Assembly: GCA_963668695.2 (NCBI GenBank)
Contig: CAXXLQ010000004.1
Span: 2,875,187 to 2,939,186, forward strand
Source of the DNA: Vicinamibacteria bacterium
GTDB lineage: Bacteria > Acidobacteriota > Vicinamibacteria > Marinacidobacterales > Marinacidobacteraceae
Length of the DNA: 64,000 nt
Reading direction: 5' to 3'
Within the stretch, counting starts at the first letter, position 1; each line of letters begins with the position of its first letter. Below are positions 58,157-64,000 of this stretch, in pieces. Made by a program: the position numbers and the translations under genes. The notes under the pieces were generated by a model that saw nothing but the letters and a program-made list of their open reading frames with translations, did not search any database and was not told the DNA's origin.

Positions 58157-59269
58157 GTGATCTTCCGATCGGCAGGGCGCGCGAGAACGTCGTCCGGGGT
58201 CATTCGCGGGGTTTCGGGTTGGATTTCCCTGAAGTCCGTCAGCCGCAGGAAGATCGCGGTCACGGTGCGGCAACTGGGAGTCATGGTGGGCGCGGGGCTG
58301 CCACTTGCCGAGAGTCTGTCCGTCCTCCAGCATCAGGAGGAGAACCGGCGGCTGCGGACCACGGTGGAGATGATCGCCCGCGACGTCGAATCGGGTAGTT
58401 CGCTTGCCATGGCGATGAGCCGCCATCCACGGATTTTCGGCCGGCTCGCGGTGGCTATGACTTCCATCGGAGAGGCAAGCGGGCGCCTTGATCAGAGCCT
58501 TCTTCGTCTGGCAACGGAACTCGAAAAGGCAGCGGCAGTGACGCAGCATGTCCGTGGAGCGTTCGCCTATCCCCTGGTCGTGGGCGCCATCGGAGCGCTC
58601 GTGGTTTCGGTAATCCTGTGGCGCGTGGTACCTGTCTTCAACGAGCTCTACGAGGGCCTCGATGCCGAGTTGCCTCTCCTGACCCGTATCGTGGTTGACG
58701 CATCCCGATCGTTCGGGTCGTGGGCGCTCGGAGCGTCGACTGCCGTCGTCGGCATTGCGTTGGGAGTCACCCGAATTCGGCGGACTGAGCGCGGAGGCGC
58801 CTTGTGCGACCGCCTCGCCCTTCGCATCCCGATGCTCGGAGGCCTGCTGCGGCGTGCGGGAATCTCGCGGTTTTGCCGAACCCTGTCGGTACTGACGGGG
58901 GCCGGGGTTCCGGTACTGGAGGGACTGGACATCGCCCGCCGCGCCGTGGGAAACCGGCATCTCGAAGGAGCGATATCGAGCGTTCGTTCGAGAGTGGAGG
59001 CGGGAGCCTCCCTCGCGATCCCGCTTCGGCAGACCGGACTGTTCCCACCCATGGTGGTGCAGATGGTTGCGGTGGGGGAGCGTACCGGGGAACTCGAAAT
59101 GTCGCTGGAAAAAGTTGCGGAGTTCTACGAGGAGGAGGTGCGGCGGACGACCGCAACCATCCTGCCTCTCATCGAGCCCCTGTTGATCCTCGTTCTGGGC
59201 CTGGTGGTCGGGGCGATCGTGATCGCGATGTATCTCCCGATCTGGACGCTCGTCGGCCGTTTGGGGTAA
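58157..59269 (+). CDS. pilC: type IV pilus platform protein PilC (GspF family)
   Basis: Two GspF repeats (VRQLGVMVGAGLPLAESL.. and FCRTLSVLTGAGVPVLEGL..) and C-terminal MYLPIWTLVG. GTG start just after R7. The N-terminus is ~35 aa shorter than classical PilC. Confidence 0.85.
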   Translation: MIFRSAGRARTSSGVIRGVSGWISLKSVSRRKIAVTVRQLGVMVGAGLPLAESLSVLQHQEENRRLRTTVEMIARDVESGSSLAMAMSRHPRIFGRLAVAMTSIGEASGRLDQSLLRLATELEKAAAVTQHVRGAFAYPLVVGAIGALVVSVILWRVVPVFNELYEGLDAELPLLTRIVVDASRSFGSWALGASTAVVGIALGVTRIRRTERGGALCDRLALRIPMLGGLLRRAGISRFCRTLSVLTGAGVPVLEGLDIARRAVGNRHLEGAISSVRSRVEAGASLAIPLRQTGLFPPMVVQMVAVGERTGELEMSLEKVAEFYEEEVRRTTATILPLIEPLLILVLGLVVGAIVIAMYLPIWTLVGRLG

Positions 59270-59379
59270 CAACCGGTGGACAAAGTCGCACGGCGCGGTT
59301 GCTGTGCAAATGCAGTAGCGCCCGGACGCCGACAGCCGGACGCCGACAGCCTGGATGGCGCGCTGGCAAGGGAACGCCG
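59267..59379 (+). repeat. Half mosaic element (TAACAACCGGTGGACAAAGTCGC) joined to repeat-family-B copy B2
   Basis: The pilC TAA lies in TAACAACCGGTGG. 59298-59379 matches B1 (25541-25606) and has an internal GGACGCCGACAGCC duplication. Confidence 0.75.
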
Positions 59380-59697
59380 ACCTCTGGCCTCCATCGCGCG
59401 GGAGCGCGAAACGAGCGCCGATGACGTTGCGCCATGCCAAGGTGAGGGCCGCGTCTTTTTGCCGCGTCTTTTTCATGACGGGCGAGGGTGTGCAGGAGGA
59501 CCCGATCATGGGGGTTTCTTCCGGTCGGGCCTCGGCGTCCATCCTCTCGGCTACCGGCGGCCGGGGGCAACCACGAAATCCTGCGCTGTCTCTCAGCCTC
59601 GCCGTCCCGCCTGGACGGGTGCGAGTGGGGCGCCGTTCGCCTGCGGCCTCGTCTCCGCCGGCGCGATCCACGAATCGTCCAAGGAGGACGTATCCTT

Positions 59698-60348
59698 ATG
59701 AAACACACCGACTCCGTCTTTCCGGTCCGGGACTTCCACATGAAAGAGCCACATTCGGGGCCCATCGTCCAGGGGACGAAGAGGCTCGAGGCGTGCTCCC
59801 GCCATTCGCCTCCGTCTGCCGGCTTCACTCTTATCGAATTGCTGATCGTCATTGCGATCATCGGGGTGATTGCCGGAATTGCCATTCCGCAGTTGTTGCG
59901 CGCGCGTTTGTCCGCGAACGAGGCGCAGGCGATCGGAGACTCGCGGGCGGTAATTGCGGCGCAGCAGACCTATGCGGCCTCCAACTGCGGATTCTTCGCC
60001 GACCTTACAAACCTCTGCCGTAACGGCGCCGATTGCGGCGGGGCGATCGGAATTCCCGACTATCCGGACGCCGCCCCGGAATTCGTTGGTGGGGATCTGG
60101 GGCGGACGAGTCCGTACGTGAAAGGTGGATACACCCGGACGCTGACTCCAAACGGGACACCGACTTCCATCCCGGATCACTGTGACCCCGACAGCCTGCT
60201 CGACTACTGCTACCACGCGGAGCCCGCCGACGTCGGACGCACCGGGGTCCGGTCCTTCTCGGCGACGAGTTCCGGAGCGATTTACAACGATCCGTCCGGA
60301 ACGGCGATCGCATGCCCCGTTCCCGCCGCAACCGCGTTCCTCGAATGA
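59698..60348 (+). CDS. pilA: type IV pilin (PilA-like) with unusually long leader
   Basis: Prepilin motif AGFTLIELLIVIAIIGVIAGIAIP. Strong SD AAGGAGGA lies 10 nt before ATG 59698 (leader ~41 aa). Alternative ATG 59740 (leader ~27 aa). Confidence 0.85.
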   Translation: MKHTDSVFPVRDFHMKEPHSGPIVQGTKRLEACSRHSPPSAGFTLIELLIVIAIIGVIAGIAIPQLLRARLSANEAQAIGDSRAVIAAQQTYAASNCGFFADLTNLCRNGADCGGAIGIPDYPDAAPEFVGGDLGRTSPYVKGGYTRTLTPNGTPTSIPDHCDPDSLLDYCYHAEPADVGRTGVRSFSATSSGAIYNDPSGTAIACPVPAATAFLE

Positions 60349-60356
60349 GTCGGGGC

Positions 60357-60440
60357 GAGCAGCCGGTGGACAAAGTCGCGCGGCCCAGTTCTCCCGGTGG
60401 GGCCCTTGGCGCTCACGCCTCTCGGTCCACGGACTGCTAG
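60357..60440. repeat. Minimal (~84-bp) mosaic element R9
   Basis: GAGCAGCCGGTGGACAAAGTCGCGCGGCCCAGTTCTCCCGGTGGGGCCCTTGGCGCTCACGCCTCTCGGTCCACGGACTGCTAG, i.e. the two termini plus one 20-nt module. Confidence 0.8.
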
Positions 60441-60441
60441 C

Positions 60442-61211
60442 TTGGAGATTCGAGCCCGTTCGCTGACCTGTTCCTATCCGGCCCCAGGGCGTTTCGGATT
60501 GTCGCTTCGGCGGTGGGCTGCCGTCCGGGATCTGAGTTTGGTGGTGGCGCCAGGAGAGGTGGTGGCGCTTTGTGGGAAGAACGGATCGGGGAAGTCCACG
60601 ACGCTGCGACTCCTCGCGGGACTCCTGATTCCCGACGCGGGCGAAGCGCTTCTCGGTGGAATCCCGGCGGCCAGGAGCGACGCCCGTCGCCGCTTGGGCT
60701 ACGTTGCTGAAGAAGATGAATTCCCGCCAAGTCTGCGGGTGTGGGAGATTCTGCGCTACGCCGCGGTGCTCGCCGGACATAGCGGCGCGCGGGCGCGCCG
60801 CGAAGCCGAAGTCGCCGCGGAGGCGGCCGAACTGGGCGGTTGGACTTCCCCGGGATGCGTTGCTCGCGCGGGGTCCGGCGTCTGGTTTCGCTCGCGCAGG
60901 CGCTTGTCGGCCAGCCTCTGGCGCTCGTGCTCGACGAGCCGTTCACCGGTCTCGATCCGGAGGCGCGGGCCCGGTCCATCGCGGCCGTCCGCCGAGCGGC
61001 TGGACGGGGAGCCGCCGTGATCCTGAGCCTCCACGAGGCTGCCGCCATCGAGTCCCTGGCGGACCGACTGATCGTGCTTGCGGCCGGTAGCGTCGCGTCC
61101 TGCGGACCGCCCGGGGACTTCATCGGAAATGGGTGCGGTTCCACTGCTGCTCCCGGTGGTGGCGGCGACTGGCTTCTCGCCGCGTTGGGCGGCGAGAAGC
61201 AGATTTCCTGA
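60442..61211 (+). pseudogene. ABC transporter ATP-binding protein, interrupted by a 1-nt frameshift near 60838 (or sequencing error)
   Basis: Frame 1 has Walker A CGKNGSGKST. Frame 3 has the signature-like CSRGVRRLVSLAQAL and Walker B LVLDEPFTGLD. The join fits LGG(L)DFPG if one T is added in GGTTGG. TTG start directly after R9. Confidence 0.7.
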
Positions 61212-61214
61212 CTG

Positions 61215-61997
61215 GTGATGTCCGTCGTCCGCCTGGCGGCGACCGCGGTCGTGGCCCTGCGCGGTTTTGTCTCCGAGCGGAGCCTGGTGGCCAGTTTGGC
61301 TTTGGTAGTGGTGTCGCTCGGCATCGGGGTAGCTCTCGCCGATGCGTCGCTTGGTCACGAGGGACGGTTCGAGGCCGACATCGCCTGGGCTTCGGCGGAA
61401 GCACTGGGTTGGTTCCTGGCTCTTACCCAGGGAGCCGGACTTGCCGGCTACCGGGGTGTGCTCGGTGCCTTCGCCCTCGCCAGGCCTGTCCCCGCGAATC
61501 TCCTGCTGGCGGGACGGTTTCTCGGCCTGGCGGCGGGTCTCTTCCTCTATGCGGCGGCGGTGAGTGTGATCCTGCTCGCGTGGCTGTCCGGCTGGTCGGG
61601 AACTGCATCGGTCCCGGTGCTCGGGTTGGGTTGGTTGTTGTGGTTACGGCTGCTCGTGGTCCTCGCCGTCGCCACGTTCCTGCTGGCGCTTGCACGGCCT
61701 TCGGTTGCGGCGCCCCTGGCGGCCGCGTCTTGCGTCGCGGGCTGGTTCTTCGGGAGTGTCTCGCCGGCTCCGAGCCCCCTCGCTCTGAGACCGTTGTCGG
61801 TGTTCGCGACCTTCGTTCTTCCGGACTTTCCGGTCCTTGACGCTCCGCTCGGAGGCTTGCCGGATGCGCTTGCCGCGGTATCGGTGCTGCTTGCCGGACC
61901 TACGCTCTACGCAGCGCTCTACGCGGCCGCGATGGTTGCAGCAGCGATCGCCATTTTCCCGCGGCGCGCGCGCCGGTTGTTGGCGAGAGTTCCCTGA
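61215..61997 (+). CDS. polytopic membrane protein, probable ABC-2-type permease partner
   Basis: Six or so hydrophobic helices. Starts 4 nt after the ATPase stop. Confidence 0.55.
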   Translation: MMSVVRLAATAVVALRGFVSERSLVASLALVVVSLGIGVALADASLGHEGRFEADIAWASAEALGWFLALTQGAGLAGYRGVLGAFALARPVPANLLLAGRFLGLAAGLFLYAAAVSVILLAWLSGWSGTASVPVLGLGWLLWLRLLVVLAVATFLLALARPSVAAPLAAASCVAGWFFGSVSPAPSPLALRPLSVFATFVLPDFPVLDAPLGGLPDALAAVSVLLAGPTLYAALYAAAMVAAAIAIFPRRARRLLARVP

Positions 61998-62004
61998 ACA
62001 TCGG

Positions 62005-62904
62005 ATGCGTCTCCGTCCCAAGGTTGCTTTCCTCCGGCGCTACGCGGGACGCATCGCTGGCGTCGGGCTGTCGATCGCGTGCCTCGGGGCATCCGAATTC
62101 GTGTCGCCGGCGGTGCAGTCTGCGTCCGGGTCGGCCCGTTGGTGGTCGGGCGCTCACCTCAGCGATGATGGGATCGCCGTCCTCCCGACGGCGATCCGGC
62201 GAGTGCTGGCCGACACCTCGTGGCTGCTCGCGATCCAGCACTATGGAAGCCGGAGACTTGAAGGCTCCTCCCATTTCCCGAGCCTCGGCGCACTCATCGA
62301 CCGGACGCTGCGCCTGGATCCGGGATTTCGTCCCGCGGCGGTGGTGGGGGCCTTACTCCTGGGGGAGTCCCCGCCATTTGGCGCCGGCGAGCCGCAGCGC
62401 GCCGATCGGATCCTTGCGGAATGGCTGGCTCGGCACCCAGGGGATTTCGATGCGGTGCTGGTTCGGGGACTACTGCATTCCTGGTATCTGAGAGACCTGG
62501 ACGCGGCCGCCCGCATCCTCGAAGCTGCGAGCGCGCGGGACGGCGCCCCCCCGTGGTTCACGGCCCTCACCGCCCGATCCCTGACCGAGACGGGAGATCG
62601 CGAAACGGCGCGCAGGCTGTGGCGCGCCTTGTTGGAGAGAGCAGACGACGGTCGCACGAGGTCCAACGCTTCGACGCATCTGCTGCAGCTGGACGCTTTG
62701 GACCAGCGTGATCGACTCGTCGCGGCGGTAGGGGAGTACGAGCGCCGCTCGGGACGAAGCCCGGTTGACTGGAACCAGTTGATCGCGAAGGGATTGTTGC
62801 CGGGCCGGCCGGTGGACCCGGCAGGCGCTCCCTTCGTTCTGGACCGCGACGGAATGCCCCGAATAGCCCGTACCTCTCCGCTGGCCGGTTTCCCCGGCCG
62901 CTGA
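62005..62904 (+). CDS. membrane-anchored helical-repeat (TPR-like) protein
   Basis: N-terminal TM (IAGVGLSIACLGA), then helical repeats (ILAEWLARHPGDFDAVLVRGLLH.., ARRLWRALLERA). No firm family. Confidence 0.45.
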   Translation: MRLRPKVAFLRRYAGRIAGVGLSIACLGASEFVSPAVQSASGSARWWSGAHLSDDGIAVLPTAIRRVLADTSWLLAIQHYGSRRLEGSSHFPSLGALIDRTLRLDPGFRPAAVVGALLLGESPPFGAGEPQRADRILAEWLARHPGDFDAVLVRGLLHSWYLRDLDAAARILEAASARDGAPPWFTALTARSLTETGDRETARRLWRALLERADDGRTRSNASTHLLQLDALDQRDRLVAAVGEYERRSGRSPVDWNQLIAKGLLPGRPVDPAGAPFVLDRDGMPRIARTSPLAGFPGR

Positions 62905-62907
62905 CCG

Positions 62908-63672
62908 GTGGCAGGACCTGAAGCCGGTTTTCCCGGCGCCTTCAGCCTTGTGTTGCTGTTCGTCATGGGACTCATCCTCGGGAGTTTCTTCAACGTGGTG
63001 ATCCACCGCCTCCCCATTGGGGAGTCCCTGCTGTTTCCCGGATCGAGGTGCCCTTCGTGCACCGCGCCGATTCGGGTCCGGGACAACCTGCCGGTGATCT
63101 CCTGGCTCTGGCTGCGCGGCCGGTGCCGGGATTGCCGGATCCCGATCTCCATCCGGTACCCGGTGGTCGAACTCCTGACCGGGCTCCTGGTCGTCTTCGC
63201 CCTGGGAACGGGCGACCCGGCGATGGCCGCGTCCCGGTTCGTTTTCGGGAGTTTGCTGCTCATCCTGGCGCTGACCGATTGGGAGCGCATGGTGCTGCCG
63301 GACATTCTCACCCTTCCCGGTGCTGCGCTCGGCCTGCTGCTCGCGGGACCCCGGGCCGACCTGGACCTCGTGACCTCCTGCATCGGGGCCGCCCTAGGCG
63401 GTGGGCTGCTCTTCTTGTTGCGCGCTCTCTGGTTGAGGTTTCGGGGCGTTGAAGCGGTTGGCCTCGGGGACGTCAAGTTTCTCCTGATGATCGGGACGTT
63501 TCTGGGCCCGGTCCCGACGCTGGGCGCGATCGCCCTCGCGGCGGCAACCGGCGTGGCGGCGGCGGGGCCGCTTCTGCTGCTCGGGAAGATCCGGCGCGAC
63601 ACCCCACTTCCGTTCGGCACGCTCCTGGCTCTTGGTGCGGCCGTAGCCTTCGGCGTCTCGACCGGCGGCTGA
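62908..63672 (+). CDS. pilD: prepilin peptidase (A24 family)
   Basis: SFFNVVIHRLP, CPSC..CRDC zinc motif, ILALTDWE, and GLGDVKFL (catalytic Asp contexts). Confidence 0.88.
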   Translation: MAGPEAGFPGAFSLVLLFVMGLILGSFFNVVIHRLPIGESLLFPGSRCPSCTAPIRVRDNLPVISWLWLRGRCRDCRIPISIRYPVVELLTGLLVVFALGTGDPAMAASRFVFGSLLLILALTDWERMVLPDILTLPGAALGLLLAGPRADLDLVTSCIGAALGGGLLFLLRALWLRFRGVEAVGLGDVKFLLMIGTFLGPVPTLGAIALAAATGVAAAGPLLLLGKIRRDTPLPFGTLLALGAAVAFGVSTGG

Positions 63673-63822
63673 CGCCCGGCCCGGCACGAGCCGCCGGCGG
63701 GAAGGGAAGCCGGACGGGCTCCGTCAGGGTTCTTCGGCCTTCGCTTCGACTTTTCCACATTCGGCCCTTTCGCGGGAAAAAAGCGAAGCGATTCCCGTCC
63801 TTTCTCTTCATAGGGAAGAGAC

Positions 63823-64000
63823 ATGGGCAGACCCGATGAACCTCGCCGGACCGTTTGCCGGGCAGGCGAGGAGGGCTTTTCCCTCGTCGAGACGCTGTTT
63901 GCCGTCCTCCTCCTCGTTGTCGCGGGCGGCGGACTCGTCCGGGCGCTCGCCCAGCTGTCCCTGGCCCGGCAGACCGCCGCCTACAGCGGCCTCGCGACCC
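63823..64000 (+). CDS. prepilin-type N-terminal methylation-domain protein (minor pilin/pseudopilin), 3-prime end cut by window edge
   Basis: My own translation gives MGRPDEPRRTVCRAGEEGFSLVETLFAVLLLVVAGGG... with the G/FSLVE cleavage-methylation motif. SD GGAAGAG upstream. Confidence 0.7.
   Translation, partial: MGRPDEPRRTVCRAGEEGFSLVETLFAVLLLVVAGGGLVRALAQLSLARQTAAYSGLAT

Noticed and set aside
59380-59697. Sigma54 (TGGCAC-N5-TTGC) promoter upstream of pilA, including TGGCGCGCTGGCAAGG in repeat B2
   Set aside because: The GG/GC spacing does not fit the -24/-12 rule in any candidate I could read. No convincing match was found.

Overview
Very GC-rich chromosomal segment from a Gram-negative-type bacterium (lipoproteins, a secretin, type IV pilus genes). 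The taxon cannot be fixed from the sequence alone. It holds about 55 protein genes, mostly housekeeping: lysA, ligA, fabI, ilvE, leuA-leuCD, tag, accBC, thiE, folD, coaE, pyrG and a kdsC-like gene. It also holds an AddAB-like helicase-nuclease operon, an orphan DNA methyltransferase, and cell-wall recycling enzymes (a GH3/beta-lactamase fusion and a NamZ-like gene). An agmatinase/amidohydrolase/DDAH group and a split type IV pilus locus (pilMNOPQ ... pilT, pilC, pilA, pilD, pseudopilin) complete the set. I saw no rRNA, tRNA or CRISPR array by eye. Most long ORFs in the track that lie antisense to these genes are GC-driven shadow ORFs. Two things stand out. (1) A decayed IS630-family element (11289-13513) has a duplicated 115-bp right end that brackets a 1.37-kb tandem array of 43 copies of a 17-nt IS-end-like box. 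(2) A family of modular, nested, hairpin-forming MITE/REP-like elements, with termini TTAGCAGCCGGTGG ... CCACAGGCTGCTAA, fills at least nine intergenic loci (roughly 3 kb in total) and often supplies the stop codon of the neighbouring gene. Three genes carry single-base frameshifts in homopolymer runs, which may be sequencing errors. All calls come from manual reading; no searches were run.
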